The notes beneath the pieces were generated by a model. The model was given only the letters and a program-made list of their open reading frames with translations. It made no database searches and was not told the origin of the DNA. Position numbers and translations under genes: made by a program. From Nitrosopumilaceae archaeon (lineage in GTDB: Archaea > Thermoproteota > Nitrososphaeria > Nitrososphaerales > Nitrosopumilaceae), in NCBI GenBank assembly GCA_965208905.1, contig OZ242365.1, positions 256,001 to 320,000 on the forward strand: a stretch of 64,000 bases of DNA. The letters run 5' to 3'. Within the stretch, counting starts at the first letter, position 1, and each line of letters begins with the position of its first letter. Of the stretch, positions 31,198 to 41,506 are shown piece by piece.

Positions 31198-32124
31198 CTA
31201 CATCTTTCGCAGTTCCAGTATTGCCCTCTGCATGGCCCCCCGGTCCGGAGCATGGGGCGATAGTTTTACGTACTGTTCCAGATCATCGGCGGCGAGTCCA
31301 AATGCTTCTCGTTTGTTTCGTAGATATGCTCGATTCTTGTAGATGCTGCCGCTTCGCTTTGGGTCTAGCTGTATGGCGCGGTCATAGTTATCTTCTGACT
31401 TTTCTATGTTGTCTCTTTTGAGGTAGTAATTTCCCAGCCCGCTGTACGCCAGAAAGTACCGTCGATTGAGTTTTATGCATTCAGCATAGCTGTTTATGCA
31501 ATCATCATCACCATGTTTGTTTTGTAGATCGGCAAAGAAGAGCCAAGCAGTTGCATTAGTTCTGTCTATAGATAAAGCCTGCTCTAAGAACGAGCGAGTC
31601 TTATCATCATTATTTGATAGCATGGCCCTCTCGGCCTCAAGACAGAGTCTTAATGACTCTGAATTTTTCTGTGTTATAACATCAGAAGGTCCAATAAGTA
31701 TGGCTATACGGTCTTCCTGACTCCATTTATCTTCAAATATGTCATGCGGTATAGCACCCTCATATATCCCCTCTTCGGTACCTTCGGGGATATAATGAAG
31801 TATCGTAGTTTCATCATAGCCGGAGAGTACCGATATGTGTTGTGTCACAGCACCAAGTCCTGGGAGTACTACTATGGGAGGTATGCCAGAGTCGATGGCA
31901 GAGAAGAGGCCGGACATATCGGTCTTTAGTACAGATACAGTTAGATTGTGGGCTTCTGCCAGCTCTATCCCCTCCATAATGACACTACCTGCATCAGGTG
32001 GATACGTTTGGGCCCTGTTTACAGGTAGGGGAATTTGGACGTTCCAGTATTGGGTTACAACATTGACTGCTAGAGGCAGGCATGAATTCTCTTCGTTTAC
32101 TATAGGCAGCATCAAATCTGTCAT
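31198..32124 (-). CDS. C39-like (papain-fold) peptidase domain plus TPR repeats
   Basis: ENSCLPLAV..V.QYW, IDSGIPPIV, HISVLSGYD, FEDKW; C-terminal TPRs (AYSGLGNYY, YDRAIQLDP). Confidence 0.75.
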   Translation of the reverse strand: MTDLMLPIVNEENSCLPLAVNVVTQYWNVQIPLPVNRAQTYPPDAGSVIMEGIELAEAHNLTVSVLKTDMSGLFSAIDSGIPPIVVLPGLGAVTQHISVLSGYDETTILHYIPEGTEEGIYEGAIPHDIFEDKWSQEDRIAILIGPSDVITQKNSESLRLCLEAERAMLSNNDDKTRSFLEQALSIDRTNATAWLFFADLQNKHGDDDCINSYAECIKLNRRYFLAYSGLGNYYLKRDNIEKSEDNYDRAIQLDPKRSGSIYKNRAYLRNKREAFGLAADDLEQYVKLSPHAPDRGAMQRAILELRKM

Positions 32125-32150
32125 ATCGTACTACTCTGGTATAACTCTAG

Positions 32151-32702
32151 TTAAAACTGTTCGACTACTAAAAATTGCTCAATCAGTGATAGACCATCGG
32201 GACTCATCTCTGGATGAAACTGTACGCCAAACACCATTGTATCACCATATCGAATTATTTCGTTATGACATGTAGCCGAAGAGCCTACTGAAGTTAGTGG
32301 TGGCGGAATCGTGGATATCTCATACGAGTGACTTTCAAAGACGCTAATATCATGCATACATAGTGGATTGTTCTGTGTAACTTGAACCTGAATATCTCCA
32401 TATACAGGTTGTTGCATACGTCGTATGGTACCACCCATAGTCAAGGCCAGCATCTCAGCTCCATAACATATACCCAAGAGTGGCCTGTTATGTGTAATGG
32501 CAAAGTGGATTATCTGTGAGTTTATCCTGTTCGTGTGGTTGTTGTTGCTCCGACGACCTGACAGTATAAAGGATGAGTATACGTGTAGTTTGTCAGTGTC
32601 AACTTTGTGAGGTTGTTGGGTTTCAAAGTTGACGTTTAGTGTACAAAGGTAGTCTAGTAGTCTGTCAGTATATCTAGAACCATTATCAACAGATAGTATC
32701 AA
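32151..32702 (-). CDS. Class I glutamine amidotransferase (GMP synthase subunit A-like)
   Basis: VDNGS, ILSG, LGICYG, ESH, QFHPE: Cys-His-Glu triad intact. Confidence 0.88.
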   Translation of the reverse strand: MILSVDNGSRYTDRLLDYLCTLNVNFETQQPHKVDTDKLHVYSSFILSGRRSNNNHTNRINSQIIHFAITHNRPLLGICYGAEMLALTMGGTIRRMQQPVYGDIQVQVTQNNPLCMHDISVFESHSYEISTIPPPLTSVGSSATCHNEIIRYGDTMVFGVQFHPEMSPDGLSLIEQFLVVEQF

Positions 32703-35542
32703 CTACCTACCTCAATGGAGACATAGTGCATCTCGGCTATGCCGTCCCGAACCAAGACCGTACCTATGTTGATACTAGCATCACTCTCCCACATGAATAC
32801 GCGGTCCGTACGGGGCACCACAAAGTCATCGATAAACGACTCCAAGGCGAATATGGCATCGTCCTGATCGGATGCAGAATAAAAGAAGACCTCGCCCTCT
32901 TGGAAGGTCAATGAGAATTGTATTGTTGTGGGCTCCAGTACCTCTATACTTCTATCCTCCATGACGGTTATCAGTGCTGAGATTCTGTCATCTCGGGTCA
33001 TCTCAACAATCTCGCCGCCATTTGTGGTTGATGTAGCACCAGAGAGCTTCTGCAGGTATGCCCTAAATGCAGACTCTTGGTCCTCACCCAGACCCACATA
33101 GTATTCACCGGTAAATGATGCCCCTACAGCGGCCACAGTACCCAACTGAGCCACAACGCCACCAGCACCTGCAGTATACACGGGTATAAAGTATACATCC
33201 TGATCACCCACTCTATACAGTATGTTATCGCCTATACGGGGATTGCGTAACAGTGTGTTTAGCTGCGCAAACTCGGGATCTCGGTCCAGCGCCTCCTTTA
33301 CAGCCGTAGGACCTATCAGTTTTGTAGTGGAATTAAGTGGAACTTCGTAGAACTGCATGCGGCCTAGATTTGGTAGATCGTTTTCGACAATCATATACCC
33401 AGCTAGGTTTCTGCCTTGAGAGCCCCGCAGCTCCAGCGATAATAGACCCAAAAATTCAGTCTGATCAAAGCCCGGAGGTTTGGCCTGTATATAGTACGTC
33501 TCCAAACCAGCAGGGATCTCATAGAACTGGTTGGCCTGTATGAAGGTCTCTACATTAGTCACATGGTAGTTGTTGTACATCTGAGTCTTCCAGTTGAATA
33601 GCTCCACTGGGTATCGTATCTGATTGGTCAGCCACTCAGGCATGGGTTCGAACTTTTCATGATACTGGGATACAAACATCTCTGTGAAAAAGTCATCGCC
33701 AGTCTTCAGTAGTGATATGTCGCCATGGTACGTGTCTATAAGGGCATATCCCACCAATCTCAGATACGGATGTCCCTGAGACCATGGTACATCACGCGTG
33801 TCAAATCCTATGATAAGTGGGACCAGCCAATATGTACTCTCACCATCAGTAACTGGCAACAGATCTATCTTTGCACCAAATAGAGAGTACAAAAAGTACG
33901 GATATAGCGTCTCCATGCGGTCATGTATGTCTTTGTAACGGTTTACATGTATGGATTCGGTCGGATAAGACAACAAAAAGTTTGGCTCAAAGATGTAGCT
34001 TAGAGGTGGAGAGATGGATATGCCGCCATCACCGGCGTAAAATGCGCCCTCCAACTCCCGGGTATCTTCACCACGGGTTACTCTGTATCCGGACCAGGTA
34101 TCCTGAAAGAGGCCGCCCTCGCCATAGTATATGCTACGCTGATCAAAGAAGGTGCTACTGTCGACTATTTGACCATCCGTCGCACCCAAAGTCAGAAAGC
34201 CGTTAGGTACGTGTGTATACACCAGATGCTCGTTGAACCAGATATTGTCTGGATTGACAGTGCTAGGGAGGATTGGTGCCATTGATGCGGTCCAATACAG
34301 TGTATCATTAAAACGCAGAATATCATTGTCTTCAAAGTCCACGTATGGTATAAGACCAATCTCTGGTTTTAGTTTGGCAAATGCTGCCTCCCAGTCCCAT
34401 ACGCGAATAACGTCCAGCACGTCTTTGTTGTCTTCAACATATCCAGCAATATTGTTTGATGAAACAGAGAGTAGTTGAGCATCGTGTGTATTCTCCTGTA
34501 TACTGTATAGTTCTGCCAGATATCTATTAACGCCTATCTCCTGAGCGGTATACGGACCAATGTACTCTATCTTTCTGGCATCGGCAACGCTGTTGTTGAC
34601 CAGAGTTGCAGCCAATACTACTAAAACTATAACCAGTACAGTTCCAATACGTATTATTACATCGCGTTTGAACATATGCGTGAGAATACGCGCACGCATT
34701 CTATCTACTATGGAGAATGCCACCAAGGCAAATCCAATTAGTAGAGCTCCAGTGATTATATATCGGGTATTGTAGTCTATGTTGTCTGTAAAGAACAGAT
34801 TAAAGGCTGTCCATAGTACAGTTATTCCAAGAATCAGCTCCAATGTTGATGCATAGTTCAGATATCGAGCCTTTCCTTCTGTAGAGTCAGCCACATAAGT
34901 GGTTATCATGCTAATTACTCCATGTAGCCCAACGTATAGGAGCAGACGTAGACCTATGGCAGCCAGTATGGGTGAGAGTAGTATCACTAGTGAAGGTATA
35001 AGAGGTATAACAGCATCACTGGCATATGATGGGTCTGTGGGGGGCGTCACAAAGGGCAGTGTAAATAGACCAGGAAGGTTCTCTACGCCTAATTGGTTTC
35101 CATCAAAGAATGATACGGCTGCAAAGCCAAACATCACATTTACAAAGAATGCTCCAAAGAGTAATACTTTTGAGATCTGCCATATTGCAAACTGAACAGG
35201 GCTGAGTTTAAAGTTACCAAATCCTTGTATACTCTTAGATTCTCCAGGAGCCCGGCTCATTAAATATATGGCCGAGTTCAACACATACCAGAATATTGAA
35301 GAGCGCTTGACTGCATTTACTCGCACCAGTGAAATTGAAGATAGTATCAGGGCAGATACTAACGAGTAGTATAATGGTTTTGCAAATTGCTCATCAAACT
35401 CGGTAAAATTCATAAGCATTACAACGAGTTGATTTCCGGCCAGTAGGAGTACTACCAAACCTAAAACAACAAAGACAGCTACCTTGACATACTTTCCAAT
35501 GTCCGAAGGTGGAGACGGTTTGTCCGTTGATTCAGTATACAA
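32699..35542 (-). CDS. UPF0182 family membrane protein
   Basis: N-terminal multi-TM region, WFNEHLVYTH, IYYGEG, IRYP, RNLAGY. Confidence 0.88.
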   Translation of the reverse strand: MYTESTDKPSPPSDIGKYVKVAVFVVLGLVVLLLAGNQLVVMLMNFTEFDEQFAKPLYYSLVSALILSSISLVRVNAVKRSSIFWYVLNSAIYLMSRAPGESKSIQGFGNFKLSPVQFAIWQISKVLLFGAFFVNVMFGFAAVSFFDGNQLGVENLPGLFTLPFVTPPTDPSYASDAVIPLIPSLVILLSPILAAIGLRLLLYVGLHGVISMITTYVADSTEGKARYLNYASTLELILGITVLWTAFNLFFTDNIDYNTRYIITGALLIGFALVAFSIVDRMRARILTHMFKRDVIIRIGTVLVIVLVVLAATLVNNSVADARKIEYIGPYTAQEIGVNRYLAELYSIQENTHDAQLLSVSSNNIAGYVEDNKDVLDVIRVWDWEAAFAKLKPEIGLIPYVDFEDNDILRFNDTLYWTASMAPILPSTVNPDNIWFNEHLVYTHVPNGFLTLGATDGQIVDSSTFFDQRSIYYGEGGLFQDTWSGYRVTRGEDTRELEGAFYAGDGGISISPPLSYIFEPNFLLSYPTESIHVNRYKDIHDRMETLYPYFLYSLFGAKIDLLPVTDGESTYWLVPLIIGFDTRDVPWSQGHPYLRLVGYALIDTYHGDISLLKTGDDFFTEMFVSQYHEKFEPMPEWLTNQIRYPVELFNWKTQMYNNYHVTNVETFIQANQFYEIPAGLETYYIQAKPPGFDQTEFLGLLSLELRGSQGRNLAGYMIVENDLPNLGRMQFYEVPLNSTTKLIGPTAVKEALDRDPEFAQLNTLLRNPRIGDNILYRVGDQDVYFIPVYTAGAGGVVAQLGTVAAVGASFTGEYYVGLGEDQESAFRAYLQKLSGATSTTNGGEIVEMTRDDRISALITVMEDRSIEVLEPTTIQFSLTFQEGEVFFYSASDQDDAIFALESFIDDFVVPRTDRVFMWESDASINIGTVLVRDGIAEMHYVSIEVGS

Positions 35543-35582
35543 GTATATTGACTACCTTTATGGCAAATTAATGTTTAACGTG

Positions 35583-36050
35583 TGGAGTGGGCCTCCGGAC
35601 AGAGAGAACAGTTTTTGCACGATTTTACAGACTCTGATGCATCATTTATGTGTCGCCGCCCACGATGCAAGGAATCCATCAGGCGGGACGTACTTTAGCG
35701 CCTAGTGCAGCCTGTTTTAGTTGTAGTCCCAGAATGCCTCAGATATGACAGTCTCCACCTGCTGGTAGTTGGCAAAGTCGTGCGGTCAGATGAACTTGCG
35801 CTTCAGGGTTCTGTGAAACACCCTGATGCGGTCGTTCTGCTCAGGTGTATGTCTCCAGATGAACTTGCGGTTAACACCTAGGATGGAGGTGGCCTTTTGG
35901 AACTTTTTGCTGGCGTACTGAAATACATTGTCGCACTGAAGGGTCAGCCTGAAGTAGTCCAGCGTGGCCACAGTGATGGCCTCTATGGGCGACTTGACGG
36001 CGACGCTTGCGGTGGCCCATATTACACGGCGGACAGTCTCCCATCTTGCT
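35583..36050 (-). mobile_element. IS3-family transposase 3' remnant with probable right end
   Basis: LTLQCDNVFQYASKKF..LG..FI...TPEQNDRIRVFHRTLKRKFI*P...DYN*NRLH*ALKY with in-frame stops; TG-terminated end at 35583. Confidence 0.75.
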
Positions 36051-36097
36051 CCAGACAAACTCTAAACATAAAAAGACCATCATCGTTAGATTTACCG

Positions 36098-37213
36098 ATG
36101 TCGGGAAAAGATGAGTCGGTCACAAGTAAAGAAGGACTGAGAACTACAAAGGCTGGACGTAATATCATGAAGAGTGCGTTTTTAAAGACAAAGGGGTATC
36201 GTGCCTTCAACAAGTATAGAGAAGACACAAAAGAACAGTTCCCGGACTTTGAGGCACGCTTTGCCAAATCACTACTACGAGAGATAAAAGTAGACGATAC
36301 GCCAAATGATACTCAGAGGGCCTTTGCTGATGAGATAGGAACCGATGGCCTCTTATTACCTGCCGACCAGATGGATGATGTACGGATGCGTCTTTTGAAT
36401 CTGGACACAATGCGGGATCGTGTAAGCCGCATACTTAATTCTAATTTTGTAAAGATGACATTTCCTGTCTTTAATGCATTATTTGATGCTGCCAATCCCA
36501 ACGAGAGTGCCGAGTTAAAGCGGGATATTGTAGAGGGACATATTTTAGCGATAGATTTGAGTGAACCTATGGATCGGATAGTAGACAAGGATGAGGACTT
36601 GGAGTATTTGGATGACTACAGACTGATGAATCCCTACATATTGAAACTGGCTCGGGATAAAATATCTCAGGGTGGAGAGTCAGTTCTACAGGCATTTGAG
36701 GATGGATTCAAGGATGCACGCGCCGGCCAATACATGGACGAGAAGTTAAAGACGCAGTCAGATAGTATGACCGAAGAGCAGATGAACTTTTCATACAAAA
36801 AGTATAGGGCTGTAATGGGAACTGCAGGCAAAAATATGGCGTTAGACAAGATGCCATTGGGCGAGATATTCTATTCCGGTATGGCTCACGCATCCGAAGC
36901 TACAGGGTGTGGTAATGAGATGGAGGATTCGATGCAGAATGGCTACGTAAAAGTACCCTCATGGCCTCTATACTATACTGTATTGTCCGGGGATGTAAGA
37001 TTGGGGTTTTCTGCTACAATACAAAAGAGTAGATTATATCTAGAGCAGGCTCGACTCACATTGGATATACTTCCAGATGGATTCACACATATTGACTTTC
37101 TCAAATTTTTGTTTATGACCGTGGAGCATTATAATGAATTTTGGTATAACAAGATCTCCAAGGCAAACATGTGGGAGAAATTCCAAGATAGCCTGTCGGT
37201 GAAGAAGGCTTGA
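36098..37213 (+). CDS. Hypothetical protein, putative class I isoprenoid synthase (trans-prenyltransferase/terpene synthase) fold
   Basis: 371 aa, predicted helical; K119xxxP, D159RIVD, G210QYMD, N273EMED and ARLTLDILP in IPPS order; stop overlaps RFC-L start (TGATG). ORF is secure, fold call is inferred. Confidence 0.6.
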   Translation: MSGKDESVTSKEGLRTTKAGRNIMKSAFLKTKGYRAFNKYREDTKEQFPDFEARFAKSLLREIKVDDTPNDTQRAFADEIGTDGLLLPADQMDDVRMRLLNLDTMRDRVSRILNSNFVKMTFPVFNALFDAANPNESAELKRDIVEGHILAIDLSEPMDRIVDKDEDLEYLDDYRLMNPYILKLARDKISQGGESVLQAFEDGFKDARAGQYMDEKLKTQSDSMTEEQMNFSYKKYRAVMGTAGKNMALDKMPLGEIFYSGMAHASEATGCGNEMEDSMQNGYVKVPSWPLYYTVLSGDVRLGFSATIQKSRLYLEQARLTLDILPDGFTHIDFLKFLFMTVEHYNEFWYNKISKANMWEKFQDSLSVKKA

Positions 37214-38358
37214 TGTGGTCAGAAAAGTACAGGCCCAAGACAATATCATCTATGGTGGGAAATGAGCAAGGTCGTTCTGACGTACAAAGGTGGTTCTCGA
37301 CTTGGAAGAGCGGTACAAAGCCTCTTCTGTTGACGGGTCCGCCGGGCATAGGTAAGACTACAATATCCCGCATACTCTCTGTCCAGTACGGTTATGATAT
37401 GGTGGAGCTTAATGCGAGTGATGCCCGTAGCAAGTCGCGCCTTACAAGTATACTAAACCCAATAATTGACAATCAGGGTTTGGCAGACCGTACCATGATA
37501 TTTCTGGATGAAGTGGATGGGATACATGGGAGTTCCGACTACGGTGGCGGTCAGGCGCTCTTGAATATGTTGGGTAAAGTTACCATTCCCACAATACTGG
37601 CGGCAAACTCTGAAGATGTGGGTAAGATGCGGGGATTCATCAAAGTGTCTAAACATATTCGTCTTCATCCCATCCCCCCTCGTATATTGCGCGTATATCT
37701 GAATCATGTATTAAAGGAGGAGGGTGTCACCATGGGGCCTGGCACCAAGATACGAATAGTATCCGAGTCCAAGGGTGATGTACGTTCAATGCTGAATTTG
37801 GCGCAGTCTTTGATATCCGACGCGGATATTCAAACATACGAATCTTTTCAAGAGTCTAGTGTTGAGGAGGGCGTTGATGCATTCTTTAAGGCAAAATCCA
37901 TACGTGAGGCAGCATCTGTATTGAACTCTATGCGCATGAACCCACGCGAAAAGATTAATGCCTTTTACTCAAGTATTGTGAAATCGCCACTTGACTCTAA
38001 AAATTTGTCATATATGTTGAATATAATATCCAAGGCAGATATGTTGTATAATAGAATAGTGAGTACGCAAAATTGGAGGTTGTTGCGCTATCTTAATGCT
38101 ATATTGTTGCCGTTATATCAGGAGGGCACTCCTGTCCGTTATGCACAGTATAATTTACCATTTCCCATATTGAACAAGATACGTTTTGAAGGTCGGGCCC
38201 GCCGTGATCTGAACCAATATGTGGGCAAACAACTGCACATGTCAGGCAGTGCTGCTGCAACTTTGGCGGTTCCATTTATCATACAGCTAATAAAAGATGA
38301 AAGGATGCAACCTCCTGAGAAACATACTGAGATAATATCAAAGGTGATGGCAAGATGA
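37213..38358 (+). CDS. rfcL: Replication factor C large subunit
   Basis: WSEKYRP, GPPGIGKT, ELNASDAR, DEVDG, GDVRSMLN, ADM....QNWRLLRY. Confidence 0.93.
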   Translation: MWSEKYRPKTISSMVGNEQGRSDVQRWFSTWKSGTKPLLLTGPPGIGKTTISRILSVQYGYDMVELNASDARSKSRLTSILNPIIDNQGLADRTMIFLDEVDGIHGSSDYGGGQALLNMLGKVTIPTILAANSEDVGKMRGFIKVSKHIRLHPIPPRILRVYLNHVLKEEGVTMGPGTKIRIVSESKGDVRSMLNLAQSLISDADIQTYESFQESSVEEGVDAFFKAKSIREAASVLNSMRMNPREKINAFYSSIVKSPLDSKNLSYMLNIISKADMLYNRIVSTQNWRLLRYLNAILLPLYQEGTPVRYAQYNLPFPILNKIRFEGRARRDLNQYVGKQLHMSGSAAATLAVPFIIQLIKDERMQPPEKHTEIISKVMAR

Positions 38359-38666
38359 GCTGGGTAAAACTAAGGATGAAATTTCCTGGTACATGTATAG
38401 AGTGCAAAAAGCCACTAAAGATTGGCGAGATGGGATTATGGTCCAAAGGTGTGGGCGTAAAGCACATGAGCTGCTCTTTGGAGAAAGGGATACCATGTAT
38501 AATATGTGGCAAGCCTGCAGGTTGCCAGCTATGCGAGTTGTTTGATAACTGTAATGTCCAAAAGATCTCACCATACTGTGTCTGTTTTAACTGCTCTACC
38601 ATTAGTCTGTCCCAATACAAGACCGCTGTTGCTAAAAAATTTCCCGTTCTGATGGTGCAGGACTGA
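38355..38666 (+). CDS. Cys-rich zinc-finger hypothetical protein
   Basis: CxxC..H..C, CxxC, CxxC....C, CxCxxC; overlaps rfcL stop (ATGA). Confidence 0.75.
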   Translation: MSWVKLRMKFPGTCIECKKPLKIGEMGLWSKGVGVKHMSCSLEKGIPCIICGKPAGCQLCELFDNCNVQKISPYCVCFNCSTISLSQYKTAVAKKFPVLMVQD

Positions 38667-38797
38667 ATTTTTTACTGATCAGACAAGAGGTCTAGTGGAG
38701 AAAACCGTCATGAATACTACGCCGCTTATAGAGACTGAAAGGTAGGGGTAAGATGTGTAATTTCTAGTCTTGAAGAATCTAATTATTGTACCATGGG

Positions 38798-39010
38798 TCA
38801 ACACCGACAAGTAGCTAATCTTTTGAGACGCTCCAAGATTACATCAGGTACATCATCAGGAACTGCCACCACAAACGGCGGGTCAGGCGGGGTGTCTGAT
38901 GCAACATACTGAAGACCGTCCCGATACATGTACACGATACTCTTTTCTGTATACATATAATCAGAAACAAAGAGTACAGCCTCCTGTATGTTATCAAAAG
39001 ACTCTTTCAT
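38798..39010 (-). CDS. Small hypothetical protein
   Basis: 70-aa ATG ORF with plausible composition and an AT-rich upstream region. Confidence 0.45.
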   Translation of the reverse strand: MKESFDNIQEAVLFVSDYMYTEKSIVYMYRDGLQYVASDTPPDPPFVVAVPDDVPDVILERLKRLATCRC

Positions 39011-39168
39011 ATCATACTATGTGGACAGTATAATTTAGTTGATACGACATTCGATTTTGTAATTTTGTAAGTGTAATTAGATATAGATTCAACAGGGGGG
39101 AACACCAGCCACCAGCGGTTCGCACCAGCGTGTGTTTTGTGTTCGGTACGATCATTTCAACATCCTGT

Positions 39169-39729
39169 CTATACAGGAGTCCTAGACAGCCTACCTTGAA
39201 TAAATGCGTTCACTGCTTGAGAGTAAATGATGTGCTCTTGTCCCAATATGCGGTCAGCCAAGATCTCTGGTGTATCTGAATCTAGAACCGGTACAACCGC
39301 TTGTAAAATTATGGGACCTGTATCCACACCCTCCTCTACAAAATGAACTGTGCAGCCAGAGTATTTGGCTTTAGCCTTGATGGCTTGGTTAGGAGCTCGA
39401 AGTCCAGGGTATAGTGGAAGTAGTGATGGGTGGATATTCATTATGGTATACTTTGCAGTTATGTTTGGTGGTAGTATGCGCATAAAGCCCGCAAGACATA
39501 TCAGGTCGGGGGAGTATGTAGTCAGGACACTATCCAAATTATCCAAATTCTCTTCAACTATACATTCGGTGCCGAACCTCTTGGCTGTTTCAAGGCCCAG
39601 AGCAGTTGGTTTGTTGGATATGACTGCTAGTACATTAGCCTGTATGACACCACTATGGATGGATTTCAAAAGTGCCTCCATGTTTGAACCACGACCAGAT
39701 ATCAGTATAACCACATCAATGGATCTCAC
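39169..39729 (-). CDS. purN: Phosphoribosylglycinamide formyltransferase
   Basis: ISGRGSNM, LAGFMRIL, NIHPSLLP, GCTVHFV..GVDTGPII, EH. Confidence 0.96.
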   Translation of the reverse strand: MRSIDVVILISGRGSNMEALLKSIHSGVIQANVLAVISNKPTALGLETAKRFGTECIVEENLDNLDSVLTTYSPDLICLAGFMRILPPNITAKYTIMNIHPSLLPLYPGLRAPNQAIKAKAKYSGCTVHFVEEGVDTGPIILQAVVPVLDSDTPEILADRILGQEHIIYSQAVNAFIQGRLSRTPV

Positions 39730-39834
39730 AGATATGGTGAACGTAATTGGGTATTTATGGTATGGGCTTTGGTTATAATATTATCATACAAACAACCAAA
39801 CCTTAAAATCCAAATCATATTGACAGTATACATT

Positions 39835-40566
39835 ATGGGAAAGAGACCGTTAGTTAGAAGGCGAGGGCGTGGTGGTCATCAGTTTCGGGCAGTTAAGATG
39901 GGTAAGATTGCGCGGGCCGGCTACCCAAACTTTCCACTAGCGGCAAGCCATAAAGGAGAGGTGTTAGATTTAGTCCACGAAAGGGGTAGAAACGCACCCT
40001 TAGCAAAGCTTCGTTTTGAAGACGGTTCAGTTGCATTCGTTCCCGCAGTTCTAAATCTAAAGATGGGAGATGTCTTGGACTTTGGACTGAAATCCAGCAT
40101 TGAAAGTGGGAATGTCATTAGTGTGCAGAACATACCTGATGGAACAATTGTCTGTAATGTCGAAAAACATTATGGTGATGGCGGTACCATAATAAAGTCT
40201 GCAGGGGGTAGTGCCGTCATATTCTCACATGGAGACAACGGTGTCACATTAAAGCTACCGTCAGGCCAGTTTACAACACTGAATCCAAAGAACCGGGCAA
40301 TGATAGGTACACTTGCCGGTGGCGGTGTGGGAGAGAGACCATTTATGAGCGCTGGTAACAAATGGCGCAACTTTAGGTCCAAAGGGCGAAAATACCCAAT
40401 AGTACGAGGAGTAGCACAAGCATCGTATGTGCATCCCCACGGCGGTGGACGACACCAACATGTAGGGCAGAGCTCCACCGTATCTAGAGACGCACCTCCG
40501 GGTGCCAAGGTAGGTAGCATAGCTGCCCGCAAGACAGGTCGTGCTAGAATCAAGAGGCGTAACTAA
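39835..40566 (+). CDS. rpl2: 50S ribosomal protein L2 (uL2)
   Basis: MGKR...RRRGRG, HERGRNAP, VRGVAQ..YVHPHGGG, PPGAKVGSIAARKTG. Confidence 0.97.
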   Translation: MGKRPLVRRRGRGGHQFRAVKMGKIARAGYPNFPLAASHKGEVLDLVHERGRNAPLAKLRFEDGSVAFVPAVLNLKMGDVLDFGLKSSIESGNVISVQNIPDGTIVCNVEKHYGDGGTIIKSAGGSAVIFSHGDNGVTLKLPSGQFTTLNPKNRAMIGTLAGGGVGERPFMSAGNKWRNFRSKGRKYPIVRGVAQASYVHPHGGGRHQHVGQSSTVSRDAPPGAKVGSIAARKTGRARIKRRN

Positions 40567-40594
40567 TTTAAGAATAAAAATAATGAATTGATGT

Positions 40595-40873
40595 ATGACC
40601 GGACAGCGTATTCACGTATTCATTACAGGTAAGGTGCAGGGAGTCTACTTTCGAAAGTCAATGAAGACAAAGGCAGAACAGAATAGAGTAAATGGTTGGG
40701 TCAAAAACCTGAAGGATGGTCGTGTCGAGGCAGTCATAGAGGGTGAGAGTAAAAATGTAGATCTGACACTGGAGTGGTGTCATGGTGGCCCTGGTGGTTC
40801 TGTAGTAGAGGATGTTGTGATGCACAAAGAGGAGTATGCTGCAGAGTTTGACTCCTTTGAAATTATCTATTAA
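40595..40873 (+). CDS. acyP: Acylphosphatase
   Basis: GKVQGVYFR, GWVKNLKDGRVE, GP. Confidence 0.95.
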   Translation: MTGQRIHVFITGKVQGVYFRKSMKTKAEQNRVNGWVKNLKDGRVEAVIEGESKNVDLTLEWCHGGPGGSVVEDVVMHKEEYAAEFDSFEIIY

Positions 40874-41279
40874 TCATACAATATAAAACTCGTCAGAAAG
40901 TTGCAGTAGTGAATATTAATGCCTCAGAATAGATGGTAGTAGGCCCACTGGCTCCGGTCTGGTCAGATAGCCCCATTTCAGGGCATGACAGATCCATTAC
41001 GTAGACGGGAAAGCGTGGATGCTCTACATTAGGACTGCTCCCTCCCGGACCTGATCACGTTCTGTAGTTCGATCCTGGAAGACGTCCCTTCGGATGTCCC
41101 CGGACCTGCAACCACCTGCCCCGGCGTAATCTCATCCCACCATACCAAGCGGGAACTACCCGGCCAGAGATTTACCCAGCAGTTACTGATCTCTGCGTGA
41201 ACCGGTTTCAGAACGGGGTACGGTTAACACCCCAATCCTCCCTACTACCAACCTCAAATGCAATGACATATTATAATAA

Positions 41280-41506
41280 CGTATATGGGTTCTCAGTATT
41301 GTGTCTCTTTCCTTTTCTAGATCATCTAGTAGTGGATGAGTGGGATGATTTTTGAGAATCTCCATTGCCCACGATGTTAGACGGTTGAGTGCTTCAAGAA
41401 AGTGACCACTTCCCATTGTAGGGTCTAGTATTTGAATATCAACTATTCTGTCTATACAGATTTGTCGATTTTGCGGACTGGGGTTCTCTGTATAGAGCAA
41501 CATCAT
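41280..41506 (-). pseudogene. Fragment of a Type IIG (Eco57I-like) restriction-modification methyltransferase
   Basis: IQILDPTMGSGHFL(-)EALNRLT is SAM-binding motif I; no flanking domains. Confidence 0.65.

Noticed and set aside
39095-39135. Three CACCAGC copies downstream of purN
   Set aside because: Too short and irregular for CRISPR or iterons; no CRISPR array or cas gene seen anywhere in the window
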